Source: Thermoplasmata archaeon
Lineage (GTDB): Archaea > Thermoplasmatota > Thermoplasmata > RBG-16-68-12 > JAFNFQ01
Assembly (NCBI GenBank): GCA_041489255.1
Contig: JBGPQV010000005.1
Location: 64,001-128,000 of the forward strand
Reading direction: 5' to 3'
DNA: 64,000 nt
Position numbers and translations under genes: made by a program. Within the stretch, counting starts at the first letter, position 1. Every line of letters starts with the position of its first letter. Of this stretch, positions 36,939 to 46,000 are shown in pieces. The notes beneath the pieces were generated by a model. That model had not been told where the DNA came from. It was given only the letters and a program-made list of their open reading frames with translations, and searched no databases.

Positions 36939-39900
36939 ATGCCCCGCCGCGCCGACATCAAGACAGCGATGGTCATAGGCTCCGGGCCGATAGTCATCGG
37001 GCAGGCCGCCGAATTCGACTACTCCGGTTCGCAGGCGTGCAGGTCTCTGAGGGAGGAAGGCGTCCGCACTATACTCGTCAACTCGAACCCCGCTACGATA
37101 CAGACAGACCCGGACACAGCTGACGCGGTCTATGTGGAACCGCTGACGGTCGAGTTCCTTGAGAAGATAATCGCGAAAGAGCGGCCTGACGGCATCCTGT
37201 CTGGCATGGGCGGACAGACCGGGCTGAACTTGTGCTCGGAGCTCGCGGAGCACGGCGTCCTGAAGAAGTATGACGTTGAACTGCTCGGGACGAGACTGGA
37301 GGCGATCGTGGCGGGAGAAAACAGGGAGGAGTTCGCCGCGCTGATGAGGCGGATAGGCGAGCCGATTCCCAAGAGCGCCGCAGTGAAGTCTGTCGAGGCG
37401 GCGAAGAACACCATCGAGTCCCTCGGTGGCTACCCGGTGATCATCCGCGCCGCCTACACGCTTGGTGGGACCGGGAGCGGGATAGCGCACGACTACGAAG
37501 AGCTGGAGAGGATAGTCTCGCTCGGGATAGCGTATTCCAGGATCAAACAGGTCCTCGTGGAGGAGAGCGTCCTCGGCTGGAAGGAGTTCGAGTACGAGGT
37601 GATGCGGGACGCGAATGACAACTGCATCACTGTCTGCAACATGGAGAACATAGACCCGATGGGCTTCCACACGGGAGATAGCATAGTTGTCGCTCCCGCC
37701 CAAACGCTCAGCGACAGGGACCATCAGATGCTGAGGTCTGCCGCGCTCAAGATCATCCGGGCTTTGGGCATCGAGGGCGGGTGCAACATCCAGTTCGCCG
37801 TGCATCCTAAGACGGGGGAGTACAGGGTGATAGAGGTTAATCCCAGGGTCTCGCGATCCTCCGCACTCGCCTCGAAAGCCACTGGGTATCCGATTGCCCG
37901 CATCGCCGCCAAAATCGCCATAGGGCTGACCCTGGACGAGATTCCCAACGCAGTCACGAAGCGCACGCTCGCGTCCTTCGAGCCGACCCTCGACTACGTC
38001 GTGACGAAGATCCCGCGCTGGCCGTTCGACAAGTTCCCCACGGCGGATGCGAAGATAGGCACGTCGATGAAGAGCACGGGGGAGACGATGGCGATAGGGC
38101 GGACCATCGAAGAGTCGATGATGAAGGCGCTGAGGTCGACCGAGACAGGGAAATGCGGTCTGGAGCCGGAGAAATGGGATGAGGATTCGCTGATTGAGGA
38201 ACTGCGGCACCCGACTGACAAGCGCGTCTATGCCGTCGCCGAAGCGTTGAGGCGTGGTTACTCCTCGGAGAAAATCGCGGACCTCACGAAATGGGACGCG
38301 TTCTTCATCGCGAAGATTGGCACCCTAATCGAGATGGAATCGAGGCTGAAGAAAGGGCCCGTAAACCGGGAACTCGTCATCGAGGCGAAGAAGCTCGGTT
38401 TCGGGGACGAGTACATATCGCTCCTGACGGGGAAATCGGAGGAATCGGTCAGGAAGCTCGCGCCCCGAGTGACGTACAAGATGGTCGACACATGCGGGGG
38501 CGAGTTCGAGGCGAGCACGCCTTACTTCTACTCTACTTTCGAACTGGAGGACGAGGTCAGGGAGATCGAGAAGCGCAAGGTTCTCATCGTTGGCGGCGGT
38601 CCGATAAGGATAGGTCAGGGAGTCGAGTTCGATAACTGCTGCGTCCACGGCATCATGGCGCTTAGGGAAGAGGGCGTCGGCGCACTCATTGTGAACAACA
38701 ATCCGGAGACCGTGAGCACTGACTTCGATGTCTCTGATCGTCTGTACTTCGAACCGCTCATGCTTGAAGACGTTCTGAACATCATCCGGAGGGAGAGACC
38801 GGAAGGTGTCATACTTCAGTTTGGCGGGCAGACCTCTGTCAACCTGGCGGTTCCTCTGAGTGAAGCTCTCAGGGAGGAAGGGTCCAAGACTCGAATCCTA
38901 GGAACCTCCCCGGAGTCAATCGACATGGCGGAGGACAGGAGGAAGTTCGAGAAGCTGATGCGGCAGCTCGGCATCAAGCAGGCCGAAGCGGCAACTGGTT
39001 TCTCATTCGAGGAAGTGAAAGACCTCGCCGCGAAGATTGGTTATCCGGTCTTGGTCAGGCCGTCCTATGTTCTTGGCGGGCGCGGAATGGAGATAGTCCA
39101 CAACGAGGAAGAGCTTGAGCACTACATGAGGAACGCCACGATAATCTCGAAGAAGCATCCCGTCCTCGTCGATAAATATCTATCGCATGCCATAGAAATA
39201 GATGTGGACGCGGTGAGCGATGGGAAAGATGTGTTCATCGGCGGCATCCAGGAGCACATCGAGGAGGCGGGGGTCCACAGCGGCGACGCGGCGTGCGTCC
39301 TGCCGGCGCAGACACTCCCGCAATCGGTGATGGCGAGGATCAGGGAGGTCACGATCCAGATCTGCCGCGAGCTCGGCGTGATCGGGCTCGTGAACCTGCA
39401 GCTTGCAGTGAAGGAAGGAGAGGTCTATGTCCTCGAGGCGAATCCCCGGGCTAGCAGGACGGTGCCCTACGTCTCAAAGGCGATCGGAATCCCTCTCGCC
39501 AAGGTCGCCACGAAGGTCATGCTCGGTCACAAGCTGAAGGAGCTTGGGCTGGTGGGCGAGGCGAAGATCCCTCACGTGGCGGTGAAAGCGCCGGTCTTCC
39601 CGTTCCAAAAGCTTCCCGGCGTGGATGCGATTCTGGGGCCGGAGATGAGGAGCACGGGCGAGGTCATGGGCATAGATTCGACCCTCGGAGCCGCCTACTA
39701 CAAGGCCATGGTGGCCTCTGGGAATCCTCTCCCGAATGCGGGGGCAATTTACGCGACAATCAGAGACGAGGACAAGGATTTGTTCGTGACCATAGCCAAG
39801 AAGCTCACAGGCTCAGGTCTCAAGATATTCGCCACGAAGGGCACCTGCAGCTACCTGCGGGAGCATGGAGTCGAGGCCACCACCGTCTACAGGATAGCTG

Positions 39901-40154
39901 AGAACAAGGACCCCGACGCCCTCGGCCTGATGAGGAGAGGCGAGATTCAGTTGGTTATCAACACGCCAACGGTTTCATCCGGCGCGAGGCGCGATGGATA
40001 CATGATGCGGCGATTGGCGATCGATCTGGGCATACCTTTCATAACGACGATTCAGGGGGCGAAGGCGGCTGCAGACGCGATCGAGGCGGTCAAAAAGGCC
40101 GAGCTGGGAGTCAGGTCGTTGCAGGAATTCGCCAAGGCGGCACGCGCAGGTTAG
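36939..40154 (+). CDS. carB: Carbamoyl-phosphate synthase large subunit
   Basis: IGSGPIVIGQAAEFDYSG, duplicated ATP-grasp domains, EVNPRVSRSSALASKATG, MGS domain. Confidence 0.98.
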   Translation: MPRRADIKTAMVIGSGPIVIGQAAEFDYSGSQACRSLREEGVRTILVNSNPATIQTDPDTADAVYVEPLTVEFLEKIIAKERPDGILSGMGGQTGLNLCSELAEHGVLKKYDVELLGTRLEAIVAGENREEFAALMRRIGEPIPKSAAVKSVEAAKNTIESLGGYPVIIRAAYTLGGTGSGIAHDYEELERIVSLGIAYSRIKQVLVEESVLGWKEFEYEVMRDANDNCITVCNMENIDPMGFHTGDSIVVAPAQTLSDRDHQMLRSAALKIIRALGIEGGCNIQFAVHPKTGEYRVIEVNPRVSRSSALASKATGYPIARIAAKIAIGLTLDEIPNAVTKRTLASFEPTLDYVVTKIPRWPFDKFPTADAKIGTSMKSTGETMAIGRTIEESMMKALRSTETGKCGLEPEKWDEDSLIEELRHPTDKRVYAVAEALRRGYSSEKIADLTKWDAFFIAKIGTLIEMESRLKKGPVNRELVIEAKKLGFGDEYISLLTGKSEESVRKLAPRVTYKMVDTCGGEFEASTPYFYSTFELEDEVREIEKRKVLIVGGGPIRIGQGVEFDNCCVHGIMALREEGVGALIVNNNPETVSTDFDVSDRLYFEPLMLEDVLNIIRRERPEGVILQFGGQTSVNLAVPLSEALREEGSKTRILGTSPESIDMAEDRRKFEKLMRQLGIKQAEAATGFSFEEVKDLAAKIGYPVLVRPSYVLGGRGMEIVHNEEELEHYMRNATIISKKHPVLVDKYLSHAIEIDVDAVSDGKDVFIGGIQEHIEEAGVHSGDAACVLPAQTLPQSVMARIREVTIQICRELGVIGLVNLQLAVKEGEVYVLEANPRASRTVPYVSKAIGIPLAKVATKVMLGHKLKELGLVGEAKIPHVAVKAPVFPFQKLPGVDAILGPEMRSTGEVMGIDSTLGAAYYKAMVASGNPLPNAGAIYATIRDEDKDLFVTIAKKLTGSGLKIFATKGTCSYLREHGVEATTVYRIAENKDPDALGLMRRGEIQLVINTPTVSSGARRDGYMMRRLAIDLGIPFITTIQGAKAAADAIEAVKKAELGVRSLQEFAKAARAG

Positions 40155-40328
40155 GACTTGAGTTCCGACGTTCGTCGGAATGCGGAGACCCATAATCCGC
40201 TCGCTCACGGACACGAGATCGATTGTGGAAGCGCCCCACCGGAATTGCCGCCGAGCACTGACTCCTCTGCGCACCGCAAGAATTATGAAGCGCATTCACG
40301 CTTATTCATCGGGATTCGAGGGAATGAT

Positions 40329-40847
40329 ATGTCCTATCAGCCTCAACCTCCGATTTACGTGCCGCCACAGAAATCCAGTGATTCGAAAACGGTTTTAATC
40401 GTGGTCATCGTCGTTCTCGCGGTCGTGATGGTGCCGATAGTGGCGTCCGCCATCCTGTATGTCATGGTGTCGGGTCTCCTTGACGGAGGTGGAGCTCCAT
40501 CCCACCCATACGTTGCCATTTCGCTGCAGGAAGGCGGATCCGATTCGAACAGCACCGCGAATCTTACGGTGACGGGGATGTCCTCGCCGTATTCATTCTC
40601 CGACTACAGCATGCAAATCAGCATGGATGGCAATATCGTGGGAAGCCAGACGCCGTCCCCTGGCGTCGTCGTCACCTTCGGCGGCGCGGCGAAGGTCATA
40701 GTTATAGACCGCGGCACATCGGGTAGGCTTGACACAGGAGACATCTTCCGCGTCTACGGCCTCGGAGGCGCGCACACATGGAGATTTGCTCTGGTATGGG
40801 CGTCTGACGGCTACACCATACAAACCGCATCTTGGACCACACCCTAG
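40329..40847 (+). CDS. Membrane-anchored pilin-like hypothetical protein
   Basis: Pro-rich N-terminus, long TM ending AILYVMVSG (archaeal pilin-like), beta-rich ectodomain with GRLDTGD. Confidence 0.6.
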   Translation: MSYQPQPPIYVPPQKSSDSKTVLIVVIVVLAVVMVPIVASAILYVMVSGLLDGGGAPSHPYVAISLQEGGSDSNSTANLTVTGMSSPYSFSDYSMQISMDGNIVGSQTPSPGVVVTFGGAAKVIVIDRGTSGRLDTGDIFRVYGLGGAHTWRFALVWASDGYTIQTASWTTP

Positions 40848-41003
40848 TCGCCGATGTCGCTGGCTCGCTCATGAGAATCCCTTGGCGAGCCGGATTCCGT
40901 GTGATGTCAACGCGTGCCGTGGGATTCCATGCGCGCGAAAGCATTTATTGGAGTGGATTGTATCGGTTTCAAGCGCCCGCAATCGCAGGAGCGAGGTTCA
41001 AAC

Positions 41004-41960
41004 ATGACAGAAGCTGACACGACAAATGACCAGGTCTTCGGCATCGTCGGAGTCGGGCCGGTGGGGAGCATCCTTGCGGGCCACCTCGGGAAACACGGAC
41101 AGCGTGTTGTTCTCGTGGACATCCTGAGGGACCATCTCGATACAATCAAGACGAAAGGTCTCACGGTGTCAGGCTTCACTCAAATCAAGGTCAAGATAGA
41201 TGATGTCTGCTATTCGATCGCGGAACTCAAGAAGCACAAGGTCGACGCTGCCTTCGTCTGCGTCAAGGCATCTATACTGCCCCGTATCATGAAGGACTTG
41301 AAGGCGTCGGTGACGCCTGGAGCCTACGTCATAAGCTTTCAGAACGGCCTTGACACCGAGAATCTGATCGCTCAGGAATTCGGAAAGGAGCGCACGCTCC
41401 GTTGCGTCGTCAACTACGGCGGGGACATAGTCGGGAACGGCCATGTGGACATGACGTTCTTCAACAAGCCCAACTACGTCGGCACGCTGGCGGGTGGTGC
41501 GGAGGACTATGCTAAGCAGCTCGCTGAGATCATGACATCGGTGGACCTCGAGACGAAGTTCACGGACAACATCAGGAAGTACACATGGGAAAAGACGATC
41601 CTGAACGCTGGGATGAGCGCCCTCTGCTCAGTGACGAAACAGATGATGAAGGACGCGATGGACTTCCCCCCGACCCGCCAGATCGTCGAGGGGCTCGTGA
41701 AGGAGGGCATCGAGATCGCGAAGGCGGACGGATACGACTATGGCCCGCAGTTCTTCGACTTCTGCATGGGCTACCTGGGGAAGACCGGACGCCACAAGCC
41801 GTCGATGCTCGTCGATGTGGAGAACCAGAGACCGACGGAGATCGACTTCCTCAACGGCAAGATTGTTGAGTTCGGAGAGAAGTTCAACATGCCGACCCCG
41901 TACAACCAGACGGTCACCAGCATCGTGAAAGCACTCGAGGCGGGCTACAAGAAACCGTAG
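41004..41960 (+). CDS. panE: Ketopantoate reductase / 2-ketoacid reductase family protein
   Basis: GVGPVG, CVKA, FQNG, WEKTILN, SMLVD, TEIDFLNG. Confidence 0.88.
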   Translation: MTEADTTNDQVFGIVGVGPVGSILAGHLGKHGQRVVLVDILRDHLDTIKTKGLTVSGFTQIKVKIDDVCYSIAELKKHKVDAAFVCVKASILPRIMKDLKASVTPGAYVISFQNGLDTENLIAQEFGKERTLRCVVNYGGDIVGNGHVDMTFFNKPNYVGTLAGGAEDYAKQLAEIMTSVDLETKFTDNIRKYTWEKTILNAGMSALCSVTKQMMKDAMDFPPTRQIVEGLVKEGIEIAKADGYDYGPQFFDFCMGYLGKTGRHKPSMLVDVENQRPTEIDFLNGKIVEFGEKFNMPTPYNQTVTSIVKALEAGYKKP

Positions 41961-42016
41961 ATCCACGCCAGAAAGGCAAGGACTGAAATCCAGAGACGCA
42001 TTATGAGAGACGGTCC

Positions 42017-43249
42017 ATGACCGAGACAGGGCAACGGAAGGAGATCCGCGCCGCCGCCGAGCTGAAGCAGCTGCTGACAGACTACTACCATGAGCTTGAC
42101 TCTGCCCATGAAAGCGGGCAGAAGGTCGCATGGTGCACAAGCGTCGGACCAGCGGAGATCCTGCGGGCATTTGGCTTCAAGGTCTACTTCCCCGAGAACC
42201 ACGCCGCGATGATCGGCGTGCAGAAGGCAGGTGAGAAGTACATCCCCGTGGCGAACGCGGCGGGCTACTCGCCCGAGATATGCTCCTACCTCACCAGCGA
42301 CGTCGGAGCGTACATCCAGCATTGGACGCCGCTGGACAAGACCTACGGCGTGAAGAGCATCCCGAAACCGGATGTCCTCGCCTACAACACGAACCAGTGC
42401 AGGGATGTCAAGGAGTGGTTCTCGTACTACTCGCGCGAGTTCAGCGCTCCCCTCGTCGGCATAAACTCCCCCAAGTACATCGACGAAGTCGAGGACATGT
42501 ACGTCGACGATGTCGCAGCCCAGATCGAGAGGGTCGTGAGGCAGCTCGAGGAGATCACGGAGTCAAAGTTGGATGAATCGAGGCTTGAGGAAACCGTTCG
42601 TCTTTCCCTAGAAGCCACGAAGCTGTGGAAGGAGATACTCGAGACTGCCGCGAACGCGCCGTCGCCGCTCACCTTCTTCGACGGAACCGTCCACATGGCT
42701 CCGATCGTCGTCCTGCGCGGGGACCAGAGGGCGGTCGACTATTACCAGCTTCTTCTCGAGGAGATGAAAGAACGCATTGCGGCGGGTGTGGGGGCCGTGG
42801 ACGGCGAGAAGCACCGTCTCTACTGGGAAGGCATGCCGATATGGGGCAAGCTGAGGGCGCTCTCTGAGCAGTTCGCGGAACTCAGGACGTGTGTCGTCGC
42901 CTCGACCTACTGCAACAGCTGGATATTCGACGACATGAAGGAGAGCGATCCGGTCAGGAGCATGGCTCTGGCTTACACAAAACTCTTCATCAACCGCTCA
43001 GAGTTGGCTAAGGAGCGCTACATTGCCGAGATGGTGAAGAGGTTCAAGGTCGACGGCGTCATTTTCCACGATTCCAAGACATGCCCGCACAACTCCAATG
43101 TGCGCTACGGGATGCCCGGGAGGATCAAGCTGAATTGTAGAATCCCGACGCTGATAATCAACGCCGACCTCAACGACCTAAGGCTATACTCGGAGGAGCA
43201 GACGAAAACGAACATCGAGGCGTTCGTCGAGCAGATGGAGGGGGCGTGA
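42017..43249 (+). CDS. 2-hydroxyacyl-CoA dehydratase / benzoyl-CoA reductase family subunit
   Basis: VAWCTSVGPAE, FPENH, ICSY, NQC, DGVIFH..KTC, TNIEAFVE. Confidence 0.87.
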   Translation: MTETGQRKEIRAAAELKQLLTDYYHELDSAHESGQKVAWCTSVGPAEILRAFGFKVYFPENHAAMIGVQKAGEKYIPVANAAGYSPEICSYLTSDVGAYIQHWTPLDKTYGVKSIPKPDVLAYNTNQCRDVKEWFSYYSREFSAPLVGINSPKYIDEVEDMYVDDVAAQIERVVRQLEEITESKLDESRLEETVRLSLEATKLWKEILETAANAPSPLTFFDGTVHMAPIVVLRGDQRAVDYYQLLLEEMKERIAAGVGAVDGEKHRLYWEGMPIWGKLRALSEQFAELRTCVVASTYCNSWIFDDMKESDPVRSMALAYTKLFINRSELAKERYIAEMVKRFKVDGVIFHDSKTCPHNSNVRYGMPGRIKLNCRIPTLIINADLNDLRLYSEEQTKTNIEAFVEQMEGA

Positions 43250-43253
43250 GACC

Positions 43254-44048
43254 ATGGCCACGAGGATGTTCGCGGGCATCGATGTCGGCGCATCCGCCAC
43301 CAAATGCATGATAATCTCGGAGAAGAAGGAGGAAGCAGGATCGGCCATCGCGAAGACCGGAATCGATCTGGCGGGAGGCGCGAGGCAGGTCTTCGAGGAA
43401 GCGCTGTCGAGAGTCGATGGCGGTGGCGTGGCTGTTACTCGAATAGTCTCCACTGGGTTCGGCAGGAAGAACGTCCCGTTCGCTGACGCATCGAAGACCG
43501 AGATAAGCTGCCAGAGCAAGGGCTGCTACGTCTACTTCCCGAAGGCGATCGTGATAGTCGACATCGGCGGTCAGGATACCAAGGTCATAAGGACCGATGC
43601 CGACGGGAAGCTCTTCGGTTTCAAGATGAACAGAAAATGTGCGGCGGGGACTGGAACGTTCCTGGAGGAGATCTCGCACAGGCTCGACGTCTCTCTCGAG
43701 GAGATGAACGCACTGGCGATGCGGTCGAAGAAGGACGTGGAGATCGGCGCGTTCTGCACCGTGTTCACCGGCACCGAGATACTCGCGAGGATTAGGGAAG
43801 GTGTGAGCAGGGAGGACCTTGCCAAGGGCGTCTACAAGTCCGTCGTCAAGAGGGCCATGGAGATGGACACCCTCGTCGGCGATGTCGTCCTCACCGGAGG
43901 CGTCGTGGCGCACAACGATATACTCATTGACATGTTCAGCGAGATTCTCGGACGCAAGGTCCTGATATCGCCAAACCCGCAGTTCACCGGCGCGTTCGGC
44001 GCTGCTCTCTACGCGCTCCAGGAAGCGGGACAGCCTCGTCTCGAATGA
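43254..44048 (+). CDS. CoA-substrate-specific enzyme activase (HgdC/BcrAD-like ATPase)
   Basis: GIDVGASATK, STGFGR, DIGGQDTK, MNRKCAAGTG, CTVF, GGV. Confidence 0.92.
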   Translation: MATRMFAGIDVGASATKCMIISEKKEEAGSAIAKTGIDLAGGARQVFEEALSRVDGGGVAVTRIVSTGFGRKNVPFADASKTEISCQSKGCYVYFPKAIVIVDIGGQDTKVIRTDADGKLFGFKMNRKCAAGTGTFLEEISHRLDVSLEEMNALAMRSKKDVEIGAFCTVFTGTEILARIREGVSREDLAKGVYKSVVKRAMEMDTLVGDVVLTGGVVAHNDILIDMFSEILGRKVLISPNPQFTGAFGAALYALQEAGQPRLE

Positions 44049-45893
44049 TCATGAGGAGATATCCACACCTAGCGACCTCAATCGCTTTGCTGTCGGTCTG
44101 CCGTTCTCGTCCCAACCTCGCGCATCGTAGTACGCCTTGATCGCCCGATCCAGCTCGTCTTGCAGAATCGCCTCCGACCTGTCCTTGAACGGAAGTGCGG
44201 ACACCTTGAACCTCTGCGGCAGGTCATCGTCTTTCCTTGACAACCCCATGCGCACGGAGAACATCCTCGCGAGATTGTACGCCCTCTCACCGACCCTCAT
44301 CATCTCGCCGCGGTCCATCCTCAACCCCGTGACCGCCGATGTCATGTCCCGCACGATGGGCAGATTCGCCGTGTCGGCGCTCTCGTCCACATCGAACACG
44401 CAGAGCAGTAGGGAGTTCACGAAGGACCTCGCGTCCTCGAACTTCTTCAGGACTTCCGCCTTCCCGTCCATGACGAACCTGTTCATGGTCTTGCCAACGC
44501 CTATGTCCGGCGCGGCGACCTTGCCGATCTGGGTGTCGTGGAAACCCTCCATGTGGCTGGCGCCCCGGGGCGATACTGCGTAGCTCAGCCCGAGACCCTT
44601 CTTCCCCCTCGGTTCGTGCATCGCTACCTCCAGCCCCTTGACATGCATCGCGAAATCCTTGCCGCCGGCCCATTCGCTCACCGCCGCCACGCCCCCGGCG
44701 AGTATGTCCCCTATCCCCTTCCGGTGCGCGATCTTTCCGATGAGCTCGCAGGCTCTCTTGCAGTCGCCCCACTGTATCACGTCGTCGATGAGGCCCAGCT
44801 CCGAGGCCTCCATTGCGTAAGCTATCACGTTCCCGGTGCTGATGGTGTCGAGCCCGTAGGCATTGCAGAGCTGGTTCGCGAGCGCGATCCACTCGAGCTT
44901 ATCGTTCATCTGGAGCGAGCCGAAGGAAGCGATCGTCTCGTACTCCGGACCGCCATAGTCGGGCGTGACCTTCTGCCCGCCCGCCTCGGTCTGCACGACT
45001 CGCTTGCACCTGACGGGGCACGATGCGCACGTGTCCCTGTCGACCATGATCGTGTCGTGCATGGTCTCGCCGGATATCCTGGAGGACCCTGCGAAGCTGC
45101 CCGCCTGGAAGTTCTTGGTCGGCAGGATGCCCATATGGCTCAGCGCCTCGACGCCGCCGGAGGTTCCATATTTCCCGAAGGAATTCATGTCCTCGGTTAG
45201 GAGGGTCTTGGTGTACGCCCTTCTGGCCTCGTCGAAGGCCTTAGGGTCGTGCACAGAGGGGTTGAGGTTGCCTTTGACTGCGACTGCCTTGAGGTTCTTG
45301 GAACCCATGACGGCCCCCACGCCGCACCGCGCGTTCGCGCGGTTCCTGTCGTTCATTATGGCGGCGAAGCGTACCTGGTTCTCACCGGCAGGCCCTATGC
45401 AGGAGACTTTGACGTCCCTGCCGTGCTTGGCCCTCAGCCAGTCCTCCGTCTCGCCGCTTGTCTTTCCCCAGAGCTCCCGAGCGCTGTGAAGCTCGGCGGA
45501 GCCCTCCAGGATTGTGAGATACATCGGTTCGCTGGCGGCACCGCGGAACATCAAGCCGTCATAGCCCGTCCTCTTCAGCTCCGTCCCGAAGAAGCCGCCG
45601 CAGTACGCCTCGCCGAAGAAGTTGGTCAGGGGGGAGTGCGTCACGACCACGTGCCTTCCGCTCCCTCCAATTGATTGGCCGACCAGCGGGCCGGTCATGT
45701 AGATGAGGCTGTTGGATGGGGCGAGCGGGTGCGACTTCCTGTACTCCTTCAGGAGGATCCTGGCCGCCAGTCCTTTCCCGCCCAGGTAGAGGCGCTGCCA
45801 GTTCTCCGGAATCGAGTACTTGCCCATGCGGCCCGTCGTCATGTTGACGTCAAGTAATTTCCCGAAGAGGCCGTCCACCCTATCCCCGCTCAA
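44049..45893 (-). CDS. aor: Aldehyde:ferredoxin oxidoreductase (W-pterin family)
   Basis: YLGGKGL, SPLT, IGPAGEN, GVGAVMGSKNLKA, CASCPVRC, GPEYET, GLDTIS, YYDARGWD. Confidence 0.93.
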   Translation of the reverse strand: MSGDRVDGLFGKLLDVNMTTGRMGKYSIPENWQRLYLGGKGLAARILLKEYRKSHPLAPSNSLIYMTGPLVGQSIGGSGRHVVVTHSPLTNFFGEAYCGGFFGTELKRTGYDGLMFRGAASEPMYLTILEGSAELHSARELWGKTSGETEDWLRAKHGRDVKVSCIGPAGENQVRFAAIMNDRNRANARCGVGAVMGSKNLKAVAVKGNLNPSVHDPKAFDEARRAYTKTLLTEDMNSFGKYGTSGGVEALSHMGILPTKNFQAGSFAGSSRISGETMHDTIMVDRDTCASCPVRCKRVVQTEAGGQKVTPDYGGPEYETIASFGSLQMNDKLEWIALANQLCNAYGLDTISTGNVIAYAMEASELGLIDDVIQWGDCKRACELIGKIAHRKGIGDILAGGVAAVSEWAGGKDFAMHVKGLEVAMHEPRGKKGLGLSYAVSPRGASHMEGFHDTQIGKVAAPDIGVGKTMNRFVMDGKAEVLKKFEDARSFVNSLLLCVFDVDESADTANLPIVRDMTSAVTGLRMDRGEMMRVGERAYNLARMFSVRMGLSRKDDDLPQRFKVSALPFKDRSEAILQDELDRAIKAYYDARGWDENGRPTAKRLRSLGVDISS

Positions 45894-45936
45894 GTAAACC
45901 CCGCTTGCCTAAAAAGATGGTGCCTCGCCCTCGGGA

Positions 45937-45987
45937 TAGAAGAAAAGAAAATAAGGAAAAGTGGAGCCGGGCTTGGCGCCCGACTCC
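45937..45987 (-). terminator. Hairpin + long U-rich tract after the giant solute-binding protein gene
   Basis: GGAGTCGGGCG/GCCCGGCTCC stem followed by TTTTCCTTATTTTCTTTTCTTCT on the minus strand. Confidence 0.55.
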
Positions 45988-46000
45988 TTCTTGTCTGCGT

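Noticed and set aside
35816-38210. Long antisense ORFs opposite carA/carB (and similar shadows throughout the window)
   Set aside because: Expected artefact of high GC3 codon usage opposite well-supported genes
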